Below, piece by piece: positions 1 through 11,755 of a stretch of DNA of 32,000 nt. This stretch comes from Wolbachia endosymbiont of Drosophila innubila (GTDB lineage: Bacteria > Pseudomonadota > Alphaproteobacteria > Rickettsiales > Anaplasmataceae): contig NZ_CP076228.1 of NCBI RefSeq assembly GCF_021378375.1, forward strand, positions 780,001 to 812,000, read 5' to 3'. The stretch's first letter is position 1. Every line of letters begins with the position of its first letter. The notes under the pieces are model-generated. The model saw only the letters and a list, made by a program, of their open reading frames with translations. It did not search any database and was not told where the DNA came from. A program made the position numbers and the translations under genes.

Positions 1-28
1 TGCTTTGCTAAACATAGTTTAGTTCGAG

Positions 29-101
29 TGGCTGAGGAGGGACTTGAACCCCCGACCAAGAGATTATGATCCTCCTGCTCTACCAACTGAGCTACTCAGC
101 C
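29..101 (-). tRNA. tRNA with CAT anticodon (elongator Met or lysidine-modified Ile2)
   Basis: The reverse complement reads GGCTGAG-TA-GCTCAGTTGGTAGAGC-A-GGAGG-ATCATAA-TCTCT-TGGTC-GGGGG-TTCAAGT-CCCTC-CTCAGCC-A. It folds as a full cloverleaf with a G1-C72 acceptor pair, so it is not an initiator. The anticodon loop is AT-CAT-AA. CCA is not encoded. Confidence 0.9.
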
Positions 102-1393
102 TAATTAAAAACCTTATTATACACACGATCTATATGTTTCGTATAATACTTCAAATCAAACAAAGATTCAAGTTTTTCCGAGTTAATAACCTTAAGTAAG
201 GGTTTATCTTGTTTCAATTCGGCCAGAAAATCACTGTTGTTTTGTTTCACTTTCATTGCATTGCTCTGAACAATTTTATACGCCTCTTCCCTCGCCAAAC
301 CACTATTTACTAACTCAAGCAATACACGCTGTGAGAAAACTAAACCTTTTGAAGAATTTAAGTTCTTTTCAATGTTTTCCTTATTGATCACCAATTTATC
401 TATCAAATCTGTTAATCGCACTAAAGCAAAATCCATTGTTATACAAGCATCAGGAGCAATGCATCTTTCCACAGACGAGTGTGATATATCACGTTCGTGC
501 CACAATGCAACATTTTCTAACGCAGGAAAAACATAACTGCGTATTAAACGTGAGAGTCCAGTCAGATTTTCACTTAAAATAGGATTACATTTGTGTGGCA
601 TAGCAGAGCTTCCCTTCTGCCCAGTGGAAAAATGCTCAGAAATTTCGCCGATTTCAGTTCTTTGCAAATGACGAATTTCAACAGCAACATTTTCTATTGA
701 ACTTGCAATTACTCCCAAAACTGAAAAGAACATGGCATGTCTATCACGAGGAATGATTTGAGATGATATGGTTTCAGGTATGAGTCCCATTTCTTTCGCT
801 ACATATTCTTCAACAAACGGATCAACATTTGCAAAATTGCCTACTGCACCTGATATTTTACAAATTGAGATCTCTTTTTGCGCGCTAATTAATCTCTGAT
901 AATTGCGTTTAAATTCAGCATAAAATCTGGCAAATTTTATTCCAAGAGTTGTTGGTTCTGCATGCATTCCGTGACTGCGTCCAACACAAACAATATCTTT
1001 ATAGTCCTCAGCTTTTTTTTTCAATGCTGCAAGTAAATTTTTTAGATTCTCGAGCAAAATATCACAGGACTCTTTCAGTTGCACCGCAAGGCATGTATCC
1101 AAAACATCAGAACTTGTCATTCCATAATGAAGATAACGAACATCAACTCCCGCTTTTTTAGCAATATATGTCAGAAAAGCTATAACATCATGTTTTACAA
1201 TGGATTCAATTTCGTTGATACATTCAACATCAAATTCAATAGCACCAGAGAGGTTCTCAGCAATATTATTCGGAATCACTCCTAACTTTGCTTGAGCTTC
1301 ACACGCTAATTTTTCTATTTTAAGCCATATATTAAATTTATTATTTTCCTCCCAAATGGAAGACATTTCTTTTCTGCTATAGCGGGGAATCAT
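101..1393 (-). CDS. purB: Adenylosuccinate lyase
   Basis: The 430-aa ORF has full-length resemblance to PurB/fumarate-lyase superfamily proteins. It includes the GSSAMPHKCNP signature loop. The stop codon TAG (101-103) shares one base with the downstream tRNA. Confidence 0.93.
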   Translation of the reverse strand: MIPRYSRKEMSSIWEENNKFNIWLKIEKLACEAQAKLGVIPNNIAENLSGAIEFDVECINEIESIVKHDVIAFLTYIAKKAGVDVRYLHYGMTSSDVLDTCLAVQLKESCDILLENLKNLLAALKKKAEDYKDIVCVGRSHGMHAEPTTLGIKFARFYAEFKRNYQRLISAQKEISICKISGAVGNFANVDPFVEEYVAKEMGLIPETISSQIIPRDRHAMFFSVLGVIASSIENVAVEIRHLQRTEIGEISEHFSTGQKGSSAMPHKCNPILSENLTGLSRLIRSYVFPALENVALWHERDISHSSVERCIAPDACITMDFALVRLTDLIDKLVINKENIEKNLNSSKGLVFSQRVLLELVNSGLAREEAYKIVQSNAMKVKQNNSDFLAELKQDKPLLKVINSEKLESLFDLKYYTKHIDRVYNKVFN

Positions 1394-1623
1394 TTTTGAT
1401 TTATTCCAATAATGGTGTCATTCCAGTGCGTGACACTGGAATCCAGATATAAAAGTATTTGCAAATTATTCAATGGACAACGGATTCTAGAAGCATAAAA
1501 TAATGTCCATGATGAAATAAACTGGATCCCAGTGTCACGCACTGGGATGACATGAGGGAAGCACTGGGATGACACCAGCTTAGCCATGGCAGAAATTTCT
1601 TTACGACTATAACAAGGGATCAT
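1390..1623 (-). other. uORF made of a diverged duplicate of the purB 5' end fused to the palindromic element
   Basis: The ORF starts MIPCYSRKEIS, compared with purB MIPRYSRKEMS. It reads through the repeat and ends with a TGA that overlaps the purB ATG (ATGA at 1390-1393). Its start lies 6 nt downstream of the rplI stop. Confidence 0.5.
1414..1576. repeat. WPE-like palindromic element, full copy (163 bp)
   Basis: Terminal inverted repeats are GGTGTCAT...ATGACACC. Internal arms are GTCATTCCAGTGCGTGACACTGGAATCCAG and CTGGATCCCAGTGTCACGCACTGGGATGAC, around an AT-rich core. The same architecture recurs at 27612-27772, 29478-29647 and 31067-31268. Confidence 0.85.
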
Positions 1624-1629
1624 CTTTGA

Positions 1630-2184
1630 TCAGCTATCATCACCATCAGTAGCTTCTTTATTCGCATCTTGCTCTGCCTCTTGTTGCTCAGACTTCTGAT
1701 TTTGCAATTTTACTTGCCTTAGCTCATTTGCATCTGTTTCGGATTTCACGACGTATATAGTAATTGGTACTACTACTTCACTATGTAATTCTACGTTTAC
1801 TTGGTATTCACCCAAGTTTTTGATGCTTACTCCACCAAAAGATAAACTACGGTGATCTATCACATGTCCTTCTTGTAGTAAAATTTTCGCAATTTCACGT
1901 GTTGTTACAGAACCAAAAATTTTACCATCCTCTGAAGCTTGCTTTATTAATACCACAAACTTATCATGTAGTGACAACGCAAGCTCTTTTGCTACATTTA
2001 ATCTTTTTATATTCTCTTCTTCCAGTAATAAACGTTGCTCCTCTAGCTTTGTTAAATTTTCCTTGGTAACTTTCACCGCTTTTCTTTGTGGAAAAAGAAA
2101 ATTACGTGCATAACCTGGTTTAACTTTGACAACTTCACCAAGCTTACCTAAAGTCCTTATATTTTCCTTTAAAATTATCAACAT
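1630..2184 (-). CDS. rplI: 50S ribosomal protein L9, with an acidic C-terminal tail
   Basis: The N-terminus MLIILKENIRTLGKLGEVVKVKPGYARNFLFPQRKA is the canonical L9 N-domain. The gene is the last member of the S6-S18-L9 operon. Confidence 0.93.
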   Translation of the reverse strand: MLIILKENIRTLGKLGEVVKVKPGYARNFLFPQRKAVKVTKENLTKLEEQRLLLEEENIKRLNVAKELALSLHDKFVVLIKQASEDGKIFGSVTTREIAKILLQEGHVIDHRSLSFGGVSIKNLGEYQVNVELHSEVVVPITIYVVKSETDANELRQVKLQNQKSEQQEAEQDANKEATDGDDS

Positions 2185-2191
2185 AAATTAC

Positions 2192-2467
2192 CTAAACTTT
2201 TTTAGTACAGTAAGGAATAAGAGCTAAAAAACGTGCCCTTATGATCGCTAAGCGTAACTTCCTTTGTTTTTTTGCACATACGCCTGTTAATCTTCTAGGT
2301 AATATCCTACCATAGTCAGAGGTAAACTTGGATAATAAATCTATATTCTTATAATCTATGTCTTCATCTTTAGACGCAGCAAGAGGGCAAACTTTAGAAC
2401 GCCTAAAGCCAGTCCTATTATTTACAGATACGTAAGAATTATTAAAACTATTTCGTCTTTTCATCAT
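2192..2467 (-). CDS. rpsR: 30S ribosomal protein S18
   Basis: The 91-aa ORF contains the S18 motif [49 protein letters not shown]. Its start overlaps the rpsF stop (TAATG). Confidence 0.93.
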   Translation of the reverse strand: MMKRRNSFNNSYVSVNNRTGFRRSKVCPLAASKDEDIDYKNIDLLSKFTSDYGRILPRRLTGVCAKKQRKLRLAIIRARFLALIPYCTKKV

Positions 2468-3240
2468 TATGCGCTTTGCTCCTCAATTTGTTTATTCATC
2501 ATATGAGATTTACCTTCAAAAATTTTATCAACCTGCACAGGAAAGTGGCGAATAACGTTCTCATTAAGTTTCATTCTACGCATAAATTCATCCAGAATGC
2601 TTGCAGTAGAACTTATGCACATTATACAATAATGACCGCTCTTCATTTTATTTTTGTGATATGCAAAATCCAAAAGACCCCAATGTTCATACTTGATTAA
2701 TCCTGATGCTTCAATGTTTTTCAAAAGCATTTCCAACGCTTTGCTCGATTGAGTTGGACCGTTTATTCTAAAATCTTTCAAAGTATCTTGAAAAATCTTT
2801 ATTAGATGTTCTGAAATATTTCTCTTCAAAGCATTTACTGCGTTATGGATAAACGCACTTTTAGTACTGCCTCCTAGAAATTTTGTAAAATCTTGCGTTA
2901 TTCCTAAATCTTTTAGGTCATCTTTCAACTCTTTATCGATTTTTGACTTCACTTCTTTCAAATTTGAAAGATCTTCTTCTAATTCAACCCATAAAATTTT
3001 TGTAAGATCTTCCAAGAAATCAGAGTAAGCAACTAGACTTTCTTTAATGTCCTCAGCACGCACTTCTAACTCTTGTTTTGTAAGCTTGTCATTTCCTTTT
3101 TTCAGAATATCCCTGATTTGCTGGAACATAATATCTGCTTTAATATTTTTCAATGAAACAGCTAGCTCTTGGACCATCTCCTCTACTTCTTGCTGTAACA
3201 ATCCTTGTTGTGCTATAAAAGTAAATTCATAAAGATTCAC
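2467..3240 (-). CDS. rpsF: 30S ribosomal protein S6 carrying a 143-aa internal insertion
   Basis: The N-terminus [12 protein letters not shown]... and the C-terminal part ...[28 protein letters not shown]...[13 protein letters not shown] match S6. The ORF is 257 aa, whereas a typical S6 is about 100-135 aa. Confidence 0.85.
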   Translation of the reverse strand: MNLYEFTFIAQQGLLQQEVEEMVQELAVSLKNIKADIMFQQIRDILKKGNDKLTKQELEVRAEDIKESLVAYSDFLEDLTKILWVELEEDLSNLKEVKSKIDKELKDDLKDLGITQDFTKFLGGSTKSAFIHNAVNALKRNISEHLIKIFQDTLKDFRINGPTQSSKALEMLLKNIEASGLIKYEHWGLLDFAYHKNKMKSGHYCIMCISSTASILDEFMRRMKLNENVIRHFPVQVDKIFEGKSHMMNKQIEEQSA

Positions 3241-3288
3241 TATATCTTCCTTTAATACCGATTAAATATTTCATTATATAAAGCTTTT

Positions 3289-6200
3289 TTATATAAGCAA
3301 GTTATTTGTATTAATTTCTACGCATTTAATCCAGCTTAAATTAGATATTTCATAAATTACTTGAGGAGCAATTGAGTATGCACCTGGTAATAAGATGCTC
3401 ACTTTATGTTTTTCGAGAAGAAGTTTTAGCATTATTTTGGTTCTGCCTTCATCTTTCAATATTGTGTTTAATTCCATAGCGGCTTTTTGCGAATCCGTGC
3501 ACTCAGTGGTGAGAACTAATTCTTTTATTGTAGAAGTGACTCTTTTTGTAAACTCAGATATATCCTTGCCTGCTAATCTTGTTGTATTTTCCGAAGCTTC
3601 AAGATCAATTATCACAAATGTTCCTGGTGAAAATAAATCTCTTTTTTCTTCTATTATTTCATTATTGTAGAATGCTATTTCAGAAACGTTATGGGGATCA
3701 GAAAGTGTGAGGATAACAAACCTTCCACGCTCTGAAGTTCTCATACGTGCATTTAATATTACCCCAGCAGTTTTTGCTGTTCTATTTTCTCCGATAAACC
3801 CAATATTTAACTTTTCCAGAAGAGTTCTAAATTTTTCAAGCGGATGATTAGTTAAATAAAATCCTAGTGAAAATAACTCATGTTCTAATTTTTCCTCTTC
3901 ATCAAAATCTTCCACATTCTCAAGTTTCGGTTTGAGGACATCAAGACTACCAAACAAAGCAGCTTGACTTGATTCTCTATCCTGTTTGTTTTTATTTGCA
4001 AAGTAAATCAGCGTGTCCATTGACTCATATAGCTGCTTTCTGTTCTTATGCACGCTATCGAATGCTCCGGATTTAATCAGGCTTTCTAGCGCTCTCTTAT
4101 TTATTATATGACCTGAATTTTGAATGAATTCCCATATGTCCTTACAAGCGCTTGAACGTACGTTCACTATTCCTTCCGCTATAGAAAAACCAACATTCCT
4201 CAAGGCAGCAATACCATAACGTATGCGTTCATCCTCTATTGAGAATTCAGCTTGAGACTTGTTTATATCAGGTGAAAGAACGGTAACGCCACTAAACTTT
4301 GCTGCATGATAAAATAAATTCAGTTTATCTCTATCATCAATATTCAGATTCATTAGTGCTGTAAAAAATTCTAATGGATAATTAGCTTTAAGGTAAGCCG
4401 TTTGATAAGATATCACCGCATATGCTGCAGCATGAGATTTATTGAACCCATAACCAGCAAATTTTGCAACAAGGTCAAAGATATAACTTGCCCTGTTGTA
4501 ATCAACGCCATTCTTCGTTGCCCCTTGGATGAAAAGTTCACGTTGTTTATCCATCTCTTCCTTGATTTTCTTACCCATAGCACGTCTCAGCAAATCTGCT
4601 TCCGCTAAGCTATACCCGGAAAGAATACGGGCTATTTCCATCACTTGTTCTTGGTAAATTATTACCCCAAATGTCTCTTTTAATACTTCCTCAAGTAACG
4701 GATGAATATAATCTGGCTTTTCAAGTCCGTGTTTTCTTGCAACATAAGTTGGAATGTTATCCATAGGTCCTGGACGATAAAGGGAAATTAAAGCGATAAT
4801 ATCTTCAATGCAGTCCGGTTTTAGTTTAATTAAAGCTTCTCTCATTCCCGAACTTTCAAGCTGAAACACTCCAATTGAATCACCGCTTGAGAGTATCTCA
4901 TAGGTTTTTTGGTCATTTAAAGGAACTGAAGAAATATCAATCTTTTTTCCATCACGATTAATTAAACGACATACATGATCTATTAGCGTTAGCGTACCAA
5001 GCCCAAGAAAATCAAATTTTATTAGCCCAGCTTTCTCCACATATTTCATGCTGTATTGAGTGATTGGCAAAGCCGAATTTGGATCATAGTACACAGGAAC
5101 AAAATTTTCCAACTTTTGATCACATATTACAATTCCAGCAGCATGAGTTGAAACGTGACGATATATTCCTTCGAGCCTTAGCGATATATCAAGAAGCTTT
5201 GCAATTACCTCATCACTATCCCGCTCTTTCTGCAGGTTTTGATCAAACTCTATCGCTTGTGATAAAGTTACAGGATTTACTGGATTAAATGGAACCATTT
5301 TAGATATTTTATCCACTTGAGAGTAAGGCATTTGCAATACTCTACCAACATCACGCAATACTGCCCTTGCCTGCAATTTACCAAAAGTGATTATTTGAGC
5401 AACATAACCGTACTTTTTCTGAACATAATCAATAACCAGGTCCCTTTTCTCTTGGCAGAAATCGATATCAAAGTCAGGCATCGATACACGATCAGGATTC
5501 AAAAATCTTTCAAATATTAGGCCAAACTTTATTGGATCAAGGTCTGTAATCTGCAAGCCCCAAGCAACAATTGATCCAGCACCAGAGCCTCTTCCTGGAC
5601 CAACTGGAATGCCATTTGCTTTGCTCCAACGAATGAAATCAGAAACTATCAAAAAGTAGCCAGCGTAGTTCATCGAAGTTATCACACTCAGTTCGTAATT
5701 CAGCCGATCGTAGTATTGTTTAAGGTCTATGTCTGTCTCATTCGCAATACGGAATTCTAATCCTGCAACTGCCTGCTCCCTCAGTTCTTCATTCTCAGTT
5801 TTATTTTCTCGACAAGGAAATTTAGGCAAAATAGGCTGCCTGCTTCTTGGCATGTAAGAGCACCGCTTAGCTATCACTAAAGTGTTATGAATTGCTTCGG
5901 GAATGTCGCTGAACAGCTCCTCCATTTCTGCCACAGACTTGAAGTAATGCTCGGTAGTTAACTTCTTTCTGTTATTCTCCAGGGCATAACTCCCCTCCGA
6001 TATACACGTTAATATATCATAAGCCTCATAGTCAGACCTATTTGGAAAAAACACATCGTTCGTTGCAACTAGTGGTATATTGCGCTGATAAGCAAAGTCT
6101 ATCAAAGCTTCTTCAAGCTCTAGCTCTTTATTCAGCCCATGACGCTGCAATTCAACATATAAATGACCATTAAATGCTGAAAGCAGTTTTTCAACCGTTT

Positions 6201-6663
6201 CTTTATCTTGCCCCAACAATAGTTGAGCCAAACATCCACCGGTTAAAGCGATCAGACCCGTACTTAAATTCAATAGCTCATCAAAATCAACGTAAGGAAT
6301 ATCGCTGTTATTCTTGCGCTTTCTAAAAGACTCACTCACCAAAGTGACTAAATTAGTGTACCCTTGCTCATTTTTTGCAAGCAATAATATAGGTAAATTT
6401 TGTTCTGAATGTTTAACTATAATATTGCATCCTATTATTAGCTGTATTCCCCTACTTGCCGCATATTCTGCAAATTCAAGTGAGCCAAACAAGTTACCTG
6501 AATCAGTAATTGCAACCGCTGGCATTTTATTTCGCAAACAAAGGCCGATCAGCTCCTCAATTTTAACCGAGCTTTCAAGCAGCGAATAAACACTATGAAC
6601 ACGCAAGTGTATGAACATAAAAAACTTTAGATCAACAAAAAAGGATAACATTAATTTACTCAT
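3289..6663 (-). CDS. dnaE: DNA polymerase III alpha subunit
   Basis: The 1124-aa ORF has a PHP domain start (FIHLRVHSVYSLLES) and a polymerase core (GRGSGAGS..., YRPGPM). The true start is more likely the ATG at 6616-6618 (MFIHLRVHS) than 6661-6663. Confidence 0.93.
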   Translation of the reverse strand: MSKLMLSFFVDLKFFMFIHLRVHSVYSLLESSVKIEELIGLCLRNKMPAVAITDSGNLFGSLEFAEYAASRGIQLIIGCNIIVKHSEQNLPILLLAKNEQGYTNLVTLVSESFRKRKNNSDIPYVDFDELLNLSTGLIALTGGCLAQLLLGQDKETVEKLLSAFNGHLYVELQRHGLNKELELEEALIDFAYQRNIPLVATNDVFFPNRSDYEAYDILTCISEGSYALENNRKKLTTEHYFKSVAEMEELFSDIPEAIHNTLVIAKRCSYMPRSRQPILPKFPCRENKTENEELREQAVAGLEFRIANETDIDLKQYYDRLNYELSVITSMNYAGYFLIVSDFIRWSKANGIPVGPGRGSGAGSIVAWGLQITDLDPIKFGLIFERFLNPDRVSMPDFDIDFCQEKRDLVIDYVQKKYGYVAQIITFGKLQARAVLRDVGRVLQMPYSQVDKISKMVPFNPVNPVTLSQAIEFDQNLQKERDSDEVIAKLLDISLRLEGIYRHVSTHAAGIVICDQKLENFVPVYYDPNSALPITQYSMKYVEKAGLIKFDFLGLGTLTLIDHVCRLINRDGKKIDISSVPLNDQKTYEILSSGDSIGVFQLESSGMREALIKLKPDCIEDIIALISLYRPGPMDNIPTYVARKHGLEKPDYIHPLLEEVLKETFGVIIYQEQVMEIARILSGYSLAEADLLRRAMGKKIKEEMDKQRELFIQGATKNGVDYNRASYIFDLVAKFAGYGFNKSHAAAYAVISYQTAYLKANYPLEFFTALMNLNIDDRDKLNLFYHAAKFSGVTVLSPDINKSQAEFSIEDERIRYGIAALRNVGFSIAEGIVNVRSSACKDIWEFIQNSGHIINKRALESLIKSGAFDSVHKNRKQLYESMDTLIYFANKNKQDRESSQAALFGSLDVLKPKLENVEDFDEEEKLEHELFSLGFYLTNHPLEKFRTLLEKLNIGFIGENRTAKTAGVILNARMRTSERGRFVILTLSDPHNVSEIAFYNNEIIEEKRDLFSPGTFVIIDLEASENTTRLAGKDISEFTKRVTSTIKELVLTTECTDSQKAAMELNTILKDEGRTKIMLKLLLEKHKVSILLPGAYSIAPQVIYEISNLSWIKCVEINTNNLLI

Positions 6664-6714
6664 GAGAACATAATTTTCATGAGAACAAAAGCCTATAAAA
6701 TTCTAAAATTAAAA

Positions 6715-7271
6715 TACAAAAACTTACTTGACAAACTCCGCCAGCGCCCTTATCATGAAACTGAAGCTATTGTATTTGCTTTCGCCAATCTGCAGATTAA
6801 AAGGTAAGGATTACTTAATGTATCGGCGTCTCATGTTCAATTTTTTGCAGTATATAGATACTGTATGTCTTTACAAAACTTCATCTACATCTAGATTTTT
6901 ATCTAAATAAGCTGAACGCGCTTATAAAGCGTTACAAGACATCAAAAAATGCCAATACTCGACAGAGATAGTAAAAGACTAGCTAACTCGGGGATTCTTT
7001 GTCTTTTTTTCTGCTTAGTAAACTTCTTAAACATTTGCAGCGTAAGTTAGTTGCAATTAAAAGCAGCTTAATCTTGCTTGTCAAGCGTTTAAAACATAAA
7101 AAACGCCAATATTTTAAAGCGGATAATAACCCCAGGGCTTCTTTTGCCTTTTTTTTCATTTGGTAAATTTCTTAACGTTTGCAGCTAAACGACAACCGTC
7201 ATCCCGCTGCTTGTTAGCGGGATCTCTTGTTAGCGGCTGAGATACCGCGAATGAATCGCGGTATGACGTAG
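6715..7271. repeat. Left copy of a ~557-bp inverted repeat (non-coding element with promoter, tandem sub-repeats and terminal hairpins)
   Basis: This copy is the reverse complement of 29698-30254, with only a few mismatches by eye (for example ATGAAACTGAAG versus ATGATAGTGAAG, and ACGTTTGCAG versus ATATTTATGG). Confidence 0.92.
6728..6756 (+). promoter_or_regulatory. Consensus-like sigma70 promoter inside the left repeat copy
   Basis: TTGACA (6728-6733), a 17-nt GC-rich spacer AACTCCGCCAGCGCCCT, then TATCAT (6751-6756). It is directed into the repeat, and its outer end faces the divergently transcribed dnaE. Confidence 0.6.
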
Positions 7272-7300
7272 GGATTGCATTAGCTATAATTCTTTAGTTT

Positions 7301-8623
7301 TCACTTTTCTTTTAACCTTGCAATGATATTTTCTTTGCCGATAAAAATTAATAGTTTAGCGAGCTCTGGTCCTGTTTCTGTTCCTGTTAAAGCTGAACGC
7401 AACTGCGTAAATAGGTTTTTTGCCTTTATATCCACTGTTTGTCGAATAGTTTTGACCCATTCTGACAACGTGTTTTCATTACAATCACCTTGGGGCAATG
7501 CATTGAACGCAATTTTTATAAGCTCCTTATCAAGAATCACAGGCTCTATATCAGATTTGCATATTTTCCACCACTTGGCCACCTCAGAAAACCTTTCTAT
7601 ATTGTTCCTTATAAAATACCAAAACTCTGAGGAGCCCACTCCAATTTGATTTAAACGGTCTTGCACCATTTCAAATAGCATTTGTTGCAGCACTTTGCTA
7701 TTTAGCTTATACATTTCACTCAAGCTGAATTGTGCAGATGCTGAGCTAAATTTTTTAATGTCAAATGAATCAATCAAAGATTGCATACAGGCGCAAGCTT
7801 CAATTGGATTGGATGTTCCAAGCTTCACTAAATAACTAACTAGTGCCATCGGTTCAATTTCATCTTCTTTTATAGATTTGATATCCAGCCCGCCTTTCCG
7901 TTTCGATATCTTGCTATCATCAAAATGTAGCAAAGACAGGTGAGCAAATGTAGGGATTTTCGCTTTTAATGCTTTAATCATTTGGATTTGCACTGCGGTA
8001 TTAGTTACATGATCTTCCCCGCGTACAATATGAGTTACATTAAAGTCAACATCATCAGTAACAGAAGGTAACATGTATGTGTAAATTCCATCTTCTCTTT
8101 TTACCACAGGGTCGCTGACGCTACTGGTTGCAATATTTATTTCACCTTTAACTTCATCATTCCATTTTACAACTTCATTTCTATCCAATTTAAATCTAAA
8201 ATGTGGTCTTCGTCCTTCTTGCTCATAACGAATTTTCTCTTGCTCAGTTAGAAGTAACGCGCTTCTGTCATATACCGGGGGAAATCCTTGTTTTAACTGC
8301 AATTTTCGTTTAATGTCTAACTCTTCTCTTGTTTCATAGCATGCATAAATATGCCCTTCTTTTATTAACTGCAAAAACACCTCATTGTAACGCTCAAAGC
8401 GCTCTGATTGCTTAAAACTTGCATCCCAATCTATGCCAATCCATTTTAGGTCTTCTATGATATCATTTATATATTTGACATCTGAACGCTGAAGGTCAGT
8501 ATCATCAAAACGGAGTAAAAATTTTCCGTTTTGATTGCGTGTGTACATCCAACAAACCAAGGCAGTTCGTACGTTTCCTACGTGGAGGTAGCCAGTTGGG
8601 CTTGGAGCGAATCTTGTTAGCAT
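7301..8623 (-). CDS. gltX: Glutamyl-tRNA synthetase
   Basis: The 440-aa ORF has the HIGH-type motif [11 protein letters not shown] and a KMSKS-type motif KISKRKG, and resembles class I GluRS overall. Confidence 0.92.
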   Translation of the reverse strand: MLTRFAPSPTGYLHVGNVRTALVCWMYTRNQNGKFLLRFDDTDLQRSDVKYINDIIEDLKWIGIDWDASFKQSERFERYNEVFLQLIKEGHIYACYETREELDIKRKLQLKQGFPPVYDRSALLLTEQEKIRYEQEGRRPHFRFKLDRNEVVKWNDEVKGEINIATSSVSDPVVKREDGIYTYMLPSVTDDVDFNVTHIVRGEDHVTNTAVQIQMIKALKAKIPTFAHLSLLHFDDSKISKRKGGLDIKSIKEDEIEPMALVSYLVKLGTSNPIEACACMQSLIDSFDIKKFSSASAQFSLSEMYKLNSKVLQQMLFEMVQDRLNQIGVGSSEFWYFIRNNIERFSEVAKWWKICKSDIEPVILDKELIKIAFNALPQGDCNENTLSEWVKTIRQTVDIKAKNLFTQLRSALTGTETGPELAKLLIFIGKENIIARLKEK

Positions 8624-8800
8624 TTAAATAGCAATATTGTTTACTCTAATTTATTTTAATTTTATATAAATATATGGCTAGAGCAAGCGAGATCTGCTAA
8701 TACAATTGAGCAAGAGAAGAATAAGTATGGCTATAGCATTGTGGCACCTTTGATATTTGATGGATTAAGACCATATGATAAATTCAAGAAAATTCACAGC

Positions 8801-10826
<2,026 letters not shown>

Positions 10827-10864
10827 AACTTGGATTGTATATTAAATCAAAGTTGCAAGACTAT

Positions 10865-11746
10865 TTAGAGAGTAGCCAATTCTTTCCATCCAAGAATCAT
10901 TTTATTGACTTGCCTCAATTTTTCAACAGAAGGCAAGTCTTCTGTGCTGAGCGGTAGGCGGACAGTTTGATGTTCTATGAGCCCAATATCATGCAAAAGT
11001 GCTTTAGTGGGTATTGGGTTGCTGGCAATAAATAGGGCTTCGCAAGCCTGTTGCCAGATATCTGCCTGAGGGTTCCTGCCATTGAGGCACTTCTTAACAT
11101 ATTCATGTGCTACATATGGCCAAACATTGGAAGCAACGGAAACCAAGCCAGCCGCACCATAAGCGGCCATATCGGATATCATATTATCATCTCCACAAAA
11201 GACCTCAATATTTGGTGCAACTTTCTTATACTGAGCTAAAGTATCAACAGTGCCACTTGAATCTTTGATAGCCCAAAATTTTTCGTGGCTGGATAAGTTG
11301 CGTACAGTTTCAGCGTGAAGATTTATTCCTGCTCTTGATGGAATATTGTAAAACATAACCGGCACATGTGCTTTCTCAAGCAGCTTTTCAAACCATAAAG
11401 TCTGCCCCATAATTCCGGGCTTTGCATAAATGGGAGTTGTCATTAGATAGCCATGAATAGGCATACCCTTGCAAAAATCAAGCCATTCAAGAGTCTGATA
11501 TAGATTCACTCCTGGTACGCCAATTATAATTTTCGTATTTAATTTTAGCTTACATACGAATTCAACTAATGTACGCTTTTCAGAATCAGTAAGCGATAGG
11601 CTCTCACCTGTGCTACTCAGCAACACTACGCCATTTTCAGCTTTAACTTGCATTGTCAGTAAACGCTGCAAACTGCTATAATCTATACTATCTCCATTGC
11701 AATTAAAAGGAGTAACACAAGCAGTCCATAAAAATGTAGATTTCAA
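10865..11746 (-). CDS. dapA: 4-hydroxy-tetrahydrodipicolinate synthase
   Basis: The 293-aa ORF has DapA motifs STGES, FYNIPSRAG, and AIKDSSG containing the catalytic lysine. Confidence 0.88.
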   Translation of the reverse strand: MKSTFLWTACVTPFNCNGDSIDYSSLQRLLTMQVKAENGVVLLSSTGESLSLTDSEKRTLVEFVCKLKLNTKIIIGVPGVNLYQTLEWLDFCKGMPIHGYLMTTPIYAKPGIMGQTLWFEKLLEKAHVPVMFYNIPSRAGINLHAETVRNLSSHEKFWAIKDSSGTVDTLAQYKKVAPNIEVFCGDDNMISDMAAYGAAGLVSVASNVWPYVAHEYVKKCLNGRNPQADIWQQACEALFIASNPIPTKALLHDIGLIEHQTVRLPLSTEDLPSVEKLRQVNKMILGWKELATL

Positions 11747-11755
11747 TTTAAATTG

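Noticed and set aside
6728-6910. A 60-aa ORF, duplicated at 30059-30241 on the minus strand, inside the 557-bp inverted repeats.
   Set aside because: Its start codon is the TTG of the TTGACA -35 box and it has no SD. The sequence is low-complexity and hydrophobic with no recognisable family. The two copies differ by non-synonymous changes. It is better explained as non-coding promoter and transcript sequence.
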